A program made the position numbers and the translations under genes. Below the pieces are notes generated by a model. The model made no database searches, was not told the DNA's origin, and saw only the letters and a list, made by a program, of their open reading frames with translations. Of a stretch of DNA of 64,000 nt, positions 14,121-26,900 are shown in pieces. Within the stretch, counting starts at the first letter, position 1, and each line of letters opens with the position of its first letter. The stretch lies in NCBI RefSeq assembly GCF_009914755.1, contig NC_060938.1; one strand, given 5' to 3'. This DNA comes from the human T2T-CHM13v2.0 reference genome, Homo sapiens.

Positions 14121-14307
14121 CACTGTTTCTCAAAATGTGGTCTAAAACCCACTGGCATTGGAATCATAGGGGAGCAATTTATAAATCCAGATTCCCAGGC
14201 CCCACCTCAGGCCTAATGAATATAAAGTTGGGGGTGGGGACCAGGGGATCCGCTGCTTTAAAGGTTTTCTGTGTGGTTTTAACGCATGGTAAAGTTTGAG
14301 AACCACA
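14121..14307. mobile_element. MER5A-like MITE
   Basis: cactgtttctcaaa ... agattcccaggccccacc ... tttgagaaccac. Confidence 0.7.
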
Positions 14308-14748
14308 TGCTGAAAGGGCTGTGGCCCTGATCTGTAGAATACGGCCTTGATGATTATACGCTGGTTGAATTCATTTCTAAATTGAAAACGGGAGTTTTTG
14401 CGCAAAATGTCGTAATTTGCCTTTTAATAGGATTTTTATGCATTTATATCAACTCCAGGAAAGCACGGAAGGACCCAAGGATTAGAGGCAATATTCTAGA
14501 AAAACTTCTATCCGTTCTGCCCAGAAGGTTTCCTTTACTTTGCAAAGAGGAAGTTGAGGCATGGGCTCCAATGCCTGCAATCTCAGGTTTCCTTCTGCCC
14601 CAAACAGCTTTTGGATTTTCAAATGAGCAAGATTTCTCTCTGACAAGTCTGATGAAGTTTCCTCTCCAGCTTATCAGTTAGGAAGATTATCAGAAGGTAA
14701 AACACGCAAATGAAGTAGGTCTCACAAGAAAGGAAAAACCATGTTTAC

Positions 14749-14910
14749 AGAGAGAGGGTTCCCGGCGGGGACCTGCGTCACTGAATGAATGAGCTGCAGG
14801 GGGCCACACAAAGGTATCGGGTTTGGGAGAATGAAGATGAGAAGACACAAACAGGTGGAGAGGAGATTCGGTTCTTGAAAGAGGAGAGGAGGAGGAGGAG
14901 GAATCTGACA
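14749..14910 (-). CDS. TTC7B: Candidate alternative cassette exon of TTC7B, 162 nt (Ser/Pro-rich, VSDSSSSSSPLSRTESP...REPSL)
   Basis: About 65-nt pyrimidine tract ending ttttttag at 14911-14912; open in the phase-1 frame; in-frame donors T|gtaaac (end 14749) and CAG|gtcccc (end 14773), both weak. Confidence 0.5.
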
Positions 14911-16074
14911 CTAAAAAAGTGAAAGAGAAAAAAAGGGTGAAGGCAAAAAAAAAACTTTAGAAACACAAAGAAAAAAATAAACTCGCTTTTAATATACTCA
15001 CATAAGCTGCAAAGAAAATGAGGTCATGTAATACACAATCATTCCTCTACCTGACAATAGAATACAAGTGCTTTTCGAAGAAAACAAATTTGTTTTTCCA
15101 CTGGTTATTTAGTTGGTCCGCAACAACACCATGGAATAAAAATAACTCAAGATTTACCTGGGCACAGATTCAGCAGTGTGATCTGCTGAAAATAATACAT
15201 CTTTAGCCTACAATATCCAGAACATTCTAGAGGAAGCAATTTGCTTTTCAACTGGAAAGGGTTAGGACTTGACTTTACATAGATTTGTTTTTTATGAGAA
15301 GCACTTATATACAGTTTACTTGAAAATAAGGTTTTCCAAGGTGCAGAGTACTGAGGTGCAACACTATGTCATGGTCCCAGCATTATGACAAGGGGGTGCT
15401 AAGCTTTCTGGGGTGGCCTATGGTTGGGGTGTGCTGGTTGGGCACTTTGGGAAAAAAGCCGGTATGGCTGCCTTCATGTCTTACAGCTGGAGAAACACAT
15501 GGCAACGGGGAGACCACCGCCGCTGCAATTAGAAATTTTCCCAAACAAAGTGGATCAAACTTTCAAGTTAAAATACTTATTTTGCGTTGGATAGGTATTT
15601 GTTGATATCTATCAATTATTAAAGATAAATCCCCTTACCCCACATCCTGTTTTAAAGGCAAAGGAATAAAATATTTTTTTCATTCTCTATTTAAGGAACT
15701 ACCAACTTATTCCAAAGAAAAGACAATGACTCAGAGCTTCAAAGTAAAGACTGTCACTCTATTTGAGTCCTCTTTCACTGGCTGGGACCTATGAGATGGC
15801 AGAGGTGGGAGGAAGGGACGCCCAAGGTGATACCTAAGGGGAAGTCATGTTCTATAAGGGGGGCTATTTTAGTTTGACATGTCTGTTTAATGAAACAAAA
15901 TTCCACTCTATTAGCTACAGTGGACTTGGCCAGTTCAAAGCTTATGGACGTGGGTGACTCCTCATGTTATTCCACAGCTCTGCATATGGACAATTTCAGA
16001 GGTAGGAAACCGTATTCCAGTTAACCAACCACTTCCAAAATCATGAATACTGAGGCTGCACTGTATAAGGACCC

Positions 16075-16325
16075 AGGATATATAATAATAGTATTGTAGT
16101 TATATATTTTTAAGCTCTTATCAGTTACACATATATCCTGAAATTTTAACAGGCAAAATAGGATATTAGGGACTGGCCTTAAAATACTCTAGGAAAAGCA
16201 AGTGTGGGACAGGAGAGAGAGATCGAATGAGAATGCTGATTGCTAAAACTCACTGGTGGGTAACGGGAATATTAGTATCTCTGTTCTGGCATTTTAGAAA
16301 TTTTTCCATAATAGAAATTAAAAAA
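16075..16325 (+). mobile_element. Old L1M 3' UTR fragment
   Basis: atagtattgtagttatat...ctgaaattttaacagg...gaaatttttccataata. Confidence 0.5.
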
Positions 16326-16849
16326 CAGAAAAAAAATAAATTTAGTTCTGGGGGAAAACAAAACAGATCCAAGAGGACTTGCGGCCTCACAAAGGAATCT
16401 GCCTGCACAGCGGGTGATCCTGGGCCTGTGCCCCAGGGTTGGCAGGATCTCGAAAGTGGAAGTTCACTGTGGCTGTGGCTGTGGCTGTGCACCCTCACGG
16501 ATGCTAACACTGCAGGGCTCTGCTTGTGTCGGACGCCTGTGCCCTTTAAAGGGGACTTAGAAAAGCAGTTAAGTGTCGGGCATGACGCTGATAAGCTGCC
16601 ACCCGCCAGGGCTGGGTTCTCCCAGGCCACATTTGATCTCAGGGTCACTTCTGTTTCACTGGGAACCATTCTGATCTCGGATAAGTTCCTTTTCTCTTTG
16701 CCTCTATAGCCCAGTCGCTTTTCTGGATGAGCAGTGTTGCAGCGGATGTTCAAAGTCAGCCAGGCTCTTTTAGCACATGAACTGAAAACTGTTCAAAGGC
16801 AAAGGGAGGAAAAATGACTGCGGTCATGCTGGATGGATAAGAATCCAGA

Positions 16850-17190
16850 ATGTAAAATCCATGTGTCATGGAATACTATATGGCTGTAAACAAGAATAAG
16901 GCAATTCTCCACAGATGGGTATGGAGGCATCTTCAGATACACTGTGAAGTGCAAAATGGCAGGTGCTCAAAAGCATACACAGTGTGTGGTTGTTTATGTA
17001 AAGGGGCAGAGGAAAGATACATATGCTTGTTTGCATGAAAAAATACTGGAAGGGTAAACAAAAAGCTAATAAATACAGTTATTTTTAGGAACAAATAAGA
17101 TGGATGGGCAGGGGTGGAAGCCAAACTTCTCTACAGCACCTTGTGAATTAGTTTTTAGCTTTTGAATTATGTAAATGTATTTCCTCTTCA
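16850..17190 (+). mobile_element. Old L1ME-type 3' fragment
   Basis: atggaatactatatggctgtaaac...gatacactgtgaagtg.... Confidence 0.55.
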
Positions 17191-18979
17191 AATCAAATCA
17201 AGGTGAGGGAATAAACAATCTGTGTTGTGGGTGGTTCGCAAGGCGGGCTCTCCACACAGGTGTGTGAATGACAGCATCTGCCCCTTCTTGACTGCACCAT
17301 GAGCTGAACCATATGCAACTGGGCTTTATTAATCAAGATGGAGGCATTTTTCCCCATTTTTAGGCAAGCCTTCCCAACGTGTAAGTTTCTTTGATTGACA
17401 CTGTCATTTCAGAATATTTTACCCTCGTTTACAAATATGATAAGGCCTCCTAAAATGGCCTTCCATTTTTCTGATTCCCTGGTCTCTTGGTTAAATTGTC
17501 GGCGTGCAAATCAGTATTTTGCAGCTGCCTGGTTGGGTCGGGGGTGGTGTAGGGCTGGTGGCAGGAGTCTCAGAAGGACTCGCGTGGATGACTCAACAAT
17601 GAAACCGTCTGTGGCAGTGCCTGGGAGGCTGTGGCTTCCCTGTTGTTGAGGAAGGGCATAGGAGCCCGCGGTCCTGACTCCAAACACCTAGGCTCTCTGG
17701 AAGTGAATGGTGGCCCACCCGAGAGACTGGCTGCATCAGTACCACTAAGCAGAGGGGGAGGAGGAAGACCCGGGGGCCAGGCCCAACCCAGGGCAGTGAC
17801 ACCGCAGACTGTGTCACACAGGCACATCTTCCCTAAACACCATGGCATCTGAGAAAGCTGAATCTGAAGAGGGAGACTCTCAAGCACTCTAGGAAAAATG
17901 TCCCAATGGGCAACGGGAAGAATGAATAACAAGGACCTCATTTATTTTCTGACACTACCTGTTCTCAATGTGATGTGGCTTTAAAGTCTTGGGACCTCCA
18001 GGGAAATTAAGGTCCAGGCCAGCTGGAAGGAAAGGGGGTCTGAATTTAGTGTGGCTGTTCTCACAGGATACTTAGGAGGGAGAAAAGTGGGGAGACGGCG
18101 CTGGGTAGCCACAGCAGCTGTTTTGAATCAGCTGAAATTGCTGCTGGTGCTATAGTGAGTTTCACTTCCTTCTCTTCCCCATGTCCGAGCCTCACCTTGC
18201 AGTGGCTAGTCCTGACAGCCTGACCTCTTTCCTACAATGACGGGGCCTAAACAGGTCCCTCGGCAGGAGCTGGGATGATGCAGAACTCTGCTGTGCTATT
18301 CCAGCCAGGCTCTCTGCCTGGTGTGCAGTCTAAGCCCACCAATGACTGCTGAACTGTTTGGAGAGTGGTCAGGCCACTCCAGGGGGTGAGTTTCTCCATG
18401 GCTCAGTCCACATTTTAAGCAGCAGCTGCAAGCCAGATTAAACTGCACCAATTTACGATTTGTGCCGCTTCCAGTGCCCAAAAATCTTTTTACCCAGGAG
18501 CTGCAGGACTTTTGGATCTGATTTCTCAAGCTGACTTTAAATTTGGTACAAGGGAGCCTAGGGCAGAAATGCAGTCTGCAAGGCAGCTGTTGGGGTGGGC
18601 CAGGCTTGAACATCACATCTGGCTCCCAAAGGCCCTATCCCTTTTAGCCCACCTGGATAGGTTTTTCCCAGGACAAGCCCTGGCAGTGCAAGACTCAGAG
18701 CTGCTCTCAGGCTTTCTTTGGAAAGGTTCTGGCAGAGCTGGGATGTGGCACAAGGACAAGAAAATAACCTCGTGGTCCCTGTCATGCAGCCAGCCCATAA
18801 AAGACCAGGCATACCCAGATAGAAATTCAGTTGTACACGGTCCCCTGTGGGTGGGGGAGAAGGAACAGGAGCAGGTTCCAAATGATGCTCTAGAATGATT
18901 TTTGAGGCTCAAAGAAGAGCAAATTTATATGTTTTGTGAGTCTGTCGAGTCACCCAGATTACAACTGAATCATTGGTAT

Positions 18980-19321
18980 GGGTTGAGCATCCCTAATCTG
19001 AAAACCCAAAATCTGAAATGCTCTAAAATCGAGATGTTTCTGAGTGTTAATACAACACAAGTGGAAAATTCCACACCTGATTTCATGTGATGGGCTGCAG
19101 TCAAAATGCAGTCAAAACTTTGTCTCATGAACAAAATTCTTTAAAATATTGTATAAAATTGCCTAAATTTAGGCTGTGTGTATAGGTGTATATGAAACAG
19201 AAATGGACTTTGTGTTTAGACTTGGGTCCAATCCCAGGATATCTCATTATGTTTATGCAAATATTCCCAAACCCAACACACTTCTGGTCCCGGGCATTTC
19301 GGGTAAGGGACACTTCACCTG
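18980..19321. mobile_element. Tigger4/MER46 (Zombi)-like TcMar MITE
   Basis: TIR-like ends ggttgagcatccctaatctgaaa ... tttcgggtaagggacacttcacctg. Confidence 0.75.
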
Positions 19322-19893
19322 TGTCACCACTGTGGGGTCTACTCCCCTGTAGTTAGGTGGACTCACTCCCCTGTACTTAGGCAAATGTGGAACACACACA
19401 CGACGAGGTGTGCAGATTTGCTCATAGGCAGGAAGTGCCTCGGGCTTCCACATGGGGACAGTGGAACCCACCTGCCACCCTACGGGGTCTTGTGCTGGGT
19501 GTATGTGTGTTTATATGTGCAACTGATTAGAAAGTGAACCTTGCTTTCAGCAAGGTCTGAAACCCAAAGAGAGAGGGAGACACAGGGAAGCAGAGGGGAA
19601 ACCTGATGGGGACAGAAACCACCTCATTTTAGTTTCAAATTTTAAGTTCCAAGAGCAAAGGGGGAAATAGATTTCAAAGAAAGCACTGGGCTGGGCAAAT
19701 CATATGACCGTCCCCACTGTGAAGAAACACTTGAGAAAGACACTGGAGCAATGCACCTCGGTTGAGTGTTTAAACTATTTGTGCAAGAAATTTTTCCAAC
19801 CCCAACCCGATCAGTCTCATCCCATGTCACTTGGTCCCAGGCCCCCACATTCTCCATTACACCATTTCGTCCCCTCTGGCTTTTTATTCTCAC

Positions 19894-19991
19894 CTGTCTC
19901 GGGATCGCTGAAGTCTGGCAAAGTAATTGTATTAAGCTGTCGTCTGTCAGCAATGGTTCTATCTAAGAGGCTGCTCCCACGTCCAGAATCA
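19894..19991 (-). CDS. TTC7B: TTC7B internal coding exon, 98 nt: (S)DSGRGSSLLDRTIADRRQLNTITLPDFSDPET(G)
   Basis: gtgttttgcag|TGATTCT...GAGACAG|gtgaga; phase 2 to 1; seen in ORF 19817..20002. Confidence 0.95.
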
Positions 19992-20404
19992 CTGCAAAAC
20001 ACAGCTACAAATGTCAGTCACCTGCAAGGTGGGAGGAGGGAAGGAAAGAGAGGCAACCAATACTGACTCCTGAAGGCCAATGAATACTTTCTGTGCATTT
20101 TTTACGTTCTTCAGCATCTTTCTTATGAAGGAGGCATCCTGCTTCCTGGCTTGGCCTGGGCTGCGATTCCTTTCAGTGTTCACTATCACAAACAGGGCAT
20201 AAACCACACCCACAGACCCTGGCTAATTTTGGCCTCTTTTATGTCATTAGAAGACACAAAAATGAAAACTTGAAGCTTCATTTTCCATCCACCTTACAGG
20301 GGGAAACCGACTGGCATTAGCAACCTTAGAAAGTGAAGTCTTAGCAAGTGAGTCCATGAACACGCCATCCATGAAGAGTTGTCTTCATGAACCAATGCTC
20401 CACA

Positions 20405-20570
20405 CCTGCGCTTCTAAAACCCAGGCTGCACGGAAAAATCACCCAGGACATCTCTAAACAACAGACGCCTAGGTCCCACTGTGAACCGAACAAATCAAAA
20501 CTCCTGGGCTGATCGACATTTTTCACAGCTCCTCAGATGGTTCTAAGGTGCAGCTGCTGGATTCAAGAAC
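20405..20570. mobile_element. MER5-like MITE remnant
   Basis: cttctaaaacccaggctgc...aaatcaccc...gatggttctaaggtgcagc...aagaaccc. Confidence 0.5.
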
Positions 20571-22265
20571 CCCTGACCCCCTTTTCTGAGTGTGATCACA
20601 GTCATGCACTCATTCTGGGGTCCCCAGAATGTAGGCCTTTGTGCTACATCGTGTGGTTAACTTTCCTGCTGGTGTACGAGCCCTGTCTAGTGTTCCCAAG
20701 CTGGAGAAAGCTGGCTGATAGGGACACACAGGGACTGGGAGAGAACATGGCAGGGTTTTGGTGGCAGCCTCCATACCACCACTCCTACCAGCTTCCTGCA
20801 CTGCCCATCTCTACTGAGTCCCCTCTCTAGCTTGTGCCTATAAAACAGGCTTGGCACTGTTCACCCGGTAAAGCCACACGGAAACCACAGCGGGCCTAAC
20901 AGGGAGAGAAACTGTTAAGGGATCTCATCTAACATGGATTTCTTTTTTAAATTCTAGGAGGCTCGTAGGTAAACACTATTGCTTTATTCCTGTATCGTGA
21001 TATCCTATCAAAGCAGCTCCAAAAAGAACCACGTCTGTCTCTTGAGGTTTGAATCTTCAATGCTTTTCTTTGAATCTATTTTCTTTTCCAATCTGGGGGC
21101 TTTAAGAGTGATTTTTTGTTGTGAAGAAGTTCAGATTCTACAATAAGGAGACACAATTTCCTTCCTTTATGCAGTTGTTGCTAAAGCAGTACAAACAAGA
21201 TTTGGCATGAAACTTAATACAGTTTACAGGCTGCAATTTCCACGTCCAGCGATTTCTCTAACTACATTAGAGAAATCCACAGGAAGCAGAAGAAAACTTC
21301 CTTCAGGACAGACTATTTGTCAGCCTATACTTATTACATCATCCCAGACATGTTTTTTGGAAACTGCTCTTTCAATTGTTTCCATAACTGAGAAACAATA
21401 CATGTCTGTGAACAGAAGACAACATAAAAGTACATGCAAATTTTGACTCATCACAACACTGAATATTTCTGGCGCAGGTCTGTCCAGGTAGCATTTTTCA
21501 CATAAATACTACTAAGTACAAATTATCTGAATATTGCAATGCCCCTCCACTTAGGAGTTTTTCAGAAGATTTATCTCAAAATACAGTGAAACGATGACAT
21601 ATTATTCACCACCTTGGGGATTCCAAGACACACGATGAGGTATCGGCATTGCAAAGGAAGGATTTGCCTGGGTTTCTGGTGGTCCAAATCTGAGGTTTGT
21701 TTCAGACATTCTCATCTTCCAGGCCTCTCATCTCACCATGTTTTGGTGCTGTCACTAATGAGGAGGTCACTTTGGGCAAGACAGCTTTCCCTGTGCCTCA
21801 CTGACTTCCCTGATCAGATGAAGATAAGGATTGTTGTCCTACACAGAACTGTGTGAGGATGACATAAGGTCACATAGATGGAGCACTCTGAAGACTTACA
21901 ACTTCTAGGTACATGCCAGGTGTGTATAAAACCACATACCTACAACACACATCTGAGGTTAATATGGCCAGCCAATTCCTATAGCCAACTTATCCCTAGG
22001 CTTCTGGTGCAATTGTAGGAGGTATGGGGAAGCTGAGTTAAAATGTTAGAAACCCCAAACAAACCATCATCTGAATTTTGAACCTCACCCCCTGACAATG
22101 GCACAGGATCCACGTTCCCTCCACCAGCTGGGAAACAGCGTTCAGTTACATCCTTAGTGTGTCTGCCTTACTTCCTTTGGAAAACAGTGTGTACGCAACA
22201 ATCAACTATTCAACATAGAGATGCTTTTGTTTCCACATTCAATGTTTTCTCTCTAAAAATATTAG

Positions 22266-22561
22266 GGCTGGGCACAATGGTTCATGCCTGTCATCTCAGC
22301 ACTTTGGGAGGCTGAGGCAGGAGGATAGCTTGAGCTCAGGAGTTCAAGATCAGCCTGGGCAACATAGCAAGACTTCATCTTTATTAAAATAAAAAAATTA
22401 GCCAGGCTTGGCGGCATGCACCTGTGACCCCAGCTATCTGAGAGGCTGAGGCAAGAGGATGGCTTGAGCCTGGGAGACAGACTGTAGTGAGCTATGATCA
22501 TGCCATGGCACTCCAGCCTGGGCGACAGAGCAAGACTGTCTCAAAAAAAAAAAATTAAAAA
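22266..22561 (+). mobile_element. Alu (AluJ-like)
   Basis: ggatagcttgagctcaggag; poly(A). Confidence 0.93.
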
Positions 22562-23729
22562 TAATTAGGTATTTGTGACCGATTGAGAATTTTACTGGAT
22601 GCTTGAAGCAATTTTTAGTTCTTCATTTACATGGTATAGAGTCTTTACCAATCAAGATTTACATTTGACTCCTAGAATACAGGACAAGGGGCAAGGAGAG
22701 GCCTTGAGCAACCCTGAGTCTCCCTAACTTGCTCACTCTGGACAGTCTCTCAGGCAAGCTGGAAAGTCACCTTCCTCTCTCCCTCTGGGACACATCTGCT
22801 CAGGCACTTCTGTGAACCACCCATTTCCTCCTCATAGCCCAGTCACCTCACCTCTTCTCTGCCGGGCCCTTAGGCTGCCAGGAGCACTTCCCAAGGAGGG
22901 AGGCAGGAAGGGAGAGAAAACCATTCCTGGTGAGTGTTGTAGTAGAGCGAAAGGAAACTGGAAGGACCCCAGATCCATGGTATGTAAGCGGGAGATGCCC
23001 ACATGCGTAGATGCGCACATGCAGGGACTTCTATTCCCTATTATCACTGAATTGTCATGAGAGTTAAAGTTATACCGGCTATTAGAAGCCTCTCTTGGAA
23101 ATCCTCTATCTTCCACAGAGGTTAAACACGAGAGGCTTGGTGGTGGTGGGGCGGGCTTGGAGTCAGAACCCTGGAGCTCTTGTCTCAGCTGAGCCTCTTC
23201 CCAGCTCCTGGAATAGTGCCTGGCACACAGTAAATATTGCACCTAAAAGAAGGGCCTCGGCTAGGAAACCAGAACAGGGGCAGATGAGAGAGGAACTTCT
23301 GTTTTTCTCCAGGTCTCTTAGGCCTGGATGATAAGAGTCAAGGTAAGCTCCCAATATCCCGGAGCCTCAGTTGTCTCATCAGTAAAATGGGTATGAGATC
23401 ACACGACCTTGGCCCATTTTATGGAGCTGCTTCAAAGATAGAATGAGGACATGCTTTATAAAAAGAAAAGCTCCACCCAAATGCTGGTGACTGTAAGGAT
23501 GAAATGGGATCTCTGACTCCTAACTGAGGTTAGAGCAAAGAAATGTGAATGTGAGTATGTGTGTGTTTAAATGCTGTTTGTTGGCAAGTAACTGAAACAG
23601 GACTTTGAATCACCTGGAGATGTCACCTCATGGGTACATGATGGAGATGGGTCTAGTAGCAGTGACAAGAGGGGGAAAGAATTGGTTAACAATAAAAAAT
23701 GAAAAGAAACTGGTTGTCAGCTCAAGAGA

Positions 23730-23970
23730 GGCAGCATGCCAGTGTGGAGAGAGCATTGATGTTAGGCCTGGGGCTGAATCACTGTTCTGCTACATATTCA
23801 ATTGGAAGAACTTGGGCAAGTTATTTAGCCACTTTTAGCTTCAATTTTATTTTCTGTAAAATGGAAGTAACGGTAGCTATCTTGCAAGGCTAATGTAGGG
23901 ATTGAAGATAACACATCAGTGGCCTAGTACAGTGCTGGCATGGAGAAGTTTCAATAAACGTGGTTATTAC
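23730..23970 (+). mobile_element. MIR
   Basis: cttgggcaagttatttagcc...tctgtaaaatgg core. Confidence 0.65.
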
Positions 23971-26900
23971 CATCCCTGGCTGAAATGCTGTGAGATTCAG
24001 TTCAGGGAGCCTGCTGGGACCTTCTGGTGAGATTCTGGTCAGAATTCACACTGTCTTGAGTGGCTGGGTCAATATGCACAAGGACTGAGGGAGCCTTACA
24101 CTTCACCCAGTGACAGAAGACAAAGCATGAGACAGATTTCTATCCTAAATGCAAGCAAAACTGCAGACCGAGAAAAATAGAATCCAGGCTTCTGAAATGA
24201 CAAACACCTCGCCAAATGTAAGAGAATGCCACCCACCATTTTGCTCACAGCAAGAGACGCATCTCCAACTGCAGGTGGAACACTATTTGCAAGTTTTCCA
24301 ATGCTCAGTTTAGTGACTAGCTCAGTGTAATTTTTTTCCCCCTTTAAGCAAAAATCGAGAAGAGGGAACGGGTTGCTGAGAATATGAAGCTAGGGTCTAT
24401 TCTCAATTTGGCCACTCACTCCCTGCTACTGCCCACGTCTTCCTCATCTTACTGCCCTGGAGGCCTGTGCAGAGCCTGGGGTGGATCTGGAAGGGGGTGG
24501 GAAGACTGGGAAACTGGCAGATAGAGCAGGGGGCCCATTACAACCCAGCATGCTCAGAAGCAAGGAAGCCGGGAAGTCAGCACAGACCAGCTCCGGGGAG
24601 AAGCCAAATGCTGTCTGCCAAAATGCTTTCTGCTCAGTTTTCATTTTATTTTAAAGAAGCCATGATTCTTAGGCGCTTGTTCATGTAGTTCCACCTTCCT
24701 CTAAAACACTGTATGCCCTGATCCCAGCCTCTAGGCTGCTGGAGCCACTGCGGCCCCACTCGGGAGTGTTGCAAGGTGTGCTGTCCCCTGAAAGACACAG
24801 CCCTTCCTTCAGGCTTTATGCTGTTGCCAGGGTCACCTCTTACCGAGCAGGCTGGCGGGGATGACTACATTTACATAATGATAAGGGCTACAGGAGAAAC
24901 ATTTATTTCTATCCCAGAGAAAATCAAGTTAAAAAACCAGACAGGATGCTCCTTAATAAGGGCTGCTCAATTCACCACTCCTCCCTCCAGGCTTTGCGGG
25001 GAGCCGGAGGGGGAATTCTGAGTGACCACTGGGGCCTCTACCGCCCACCCCATCCGCCAGTCCCCACCAGACACTGCCTGGAGCCAGGGTCCTCCCCACT
25101 CTGGCCCTGAAGGAACCTTCAGGAAATGGAGGAAGTATGGACACAGCCCAGGCATTTGGTTAAGTATTTTTAAAAAGCTTTCCAATTCTGCTATTTTTTT
25201 CTCCTCACATTCAATATTCTTGGTTGCTAAGTGGGAGGGAATGTGGGGAGGTGGGAGAGGTGTGGGGAACTGAGGGGAAATTGGCAACACGAAGCTGATG
25301 GGTTTATTTTTTCATTTCTAAAGGGGGTACAGGCAAAGGAAAGCGCTCCGGCGCCGAGGCAACCTGCCTGGGCAGCATCTCCTGCTAGCTGGTTCGGAGG
25401 CAGACTCCCCCAAATCCTGAAGATTTCATAGGCCAGGAGTGGGGGCTTTCAGGGGAGATAAATATGGACAGTTTCTATTTTTGCTTCCAGACTTAGAAAT
25501 GTAGAATTTTAAAAAAATTAAAATGATCTTTATTTTGAGAACATATCCACAAAAGGGAAGAGGCCAGTCTCATGATTACCTTTCACCAAGCGAAGGGCGG
25601 GTGCGCCCAGCAGCACAGCGCCGCGCCGCTGTTCCTGTGCTTGGGAAGGGGACTTACAGCTGGGGGGGAGGTGGGGGCTGGGGCTGCCTGGCGGTGGGCA
25701 GGGCAGGGGCTGGACAGCTCATGGCTTTCCAGGCAGAGCTCTCTTCCTTCCAGGTGCACTGCCCGCAGGGCCTGGGGTCACGGGTCTGTCTATCAGTTTC
25801 CAGGGGGTCCATCCCCTTAACAGGGCCCTGACTTTGAACATTTTTTTTTAACTGCAGAAACATTTGTAAAACAATCTCACAGGGAACCCCATCTCTGTTC
25901 TGCTGCCTCCGTAGCCCTCCCTCCCTGCTGGTCTCTGCAGACCACGGCCACCAGCCCACTGCCCGCCTCACCCTTCGTACTCATTTATATTTTAGGTGAC
26001 ATATTTTTAGGCCCCTGACTCTTAAAAGCATGATATCAGCTGACCAGACACCTTACTAGGAAAGTAAAAAATACTCTGAGTATTGGAGCAGTTGTGTGAA
26101 TTCACTTGAATCATTACATCCCTTCTCATTAAATGACTTCCTTCACTTAGTAATCTAAACATATGCAAGGGAAAACCGTGCAAGACTTGGAAATGGGCAA
26201 ATAGGTGGGTGTCTGTCCGTGGAATGCTGGGGGTTGACCAGCAGACCTTCCCCGGGTTATCTGACTCTAAAGGGCAGGCACCGTTGACTCACTTCCCATT
26301 GACGGAGCTACTTTACAGCTCTGTAGGGGTAGAAATTAACCCGCGGAAAACTGATAATAAAGCAAGTGAATTTTGTTTGGGGGAGAGACAACTGATGTCA
26401 CCCTGCAGTAAAGAACCCCAAACGATATCTTTCATCATCTTATAGGATGTTGTTTTTGTATCTACTTGCAAATCATTTCAGCATTCCTGCCTATGAGTAT
26501 CTGTTCTTCAAACTCTTCTGTGAATAGGTCTTAACATTTTCCTGGTTCCTGCATTAGTTAATAAGGTAAATAAAATCTTTGACATGTGTTTGATAGTCGT
26601 ATGCATCATGATTTTAACTTTTTCACAGTGATATTTTATGCCAATAGCCACTTCTCTTCTTAGTAGCATGCGGCCTGATGTCTGTGCAGGTCTTTTAAAT
26701 ATTGCTGCAGGAACCCCATCTGGACCACATAAATGACTGGTCTATACATAAATTACCAGAAAGATAAGACTGGTCAAAGGAGTTAGGTAAACGGGTGTTA
26801 GAGAGAAACTGGATAGAGATCCATTGTGAACTGAGTCCAGTGGGTCACTATGGCAGTGAAAGCAAAAGAAACCCAGGATCTGGAGGCTTCATCAGCCACT

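Noticed and set aside
14345-14450. Possible C/D snoRNA (TGATGA)
   Set aside because: No D box or terminal stem at a suitable distance, and on the strand opposite the host gene.
14721-14726. gtgaga donor for the poly-Ser exon
   Set aside because: Would give 185 nt and break the frame; the in-frame donors were preferred, though this one cannot be excluded.
16227-16753. Opposing 160/167-aa ORFs
   Set aside because: Partly L1-derived, no recognisable domain, no convincing splice sites.
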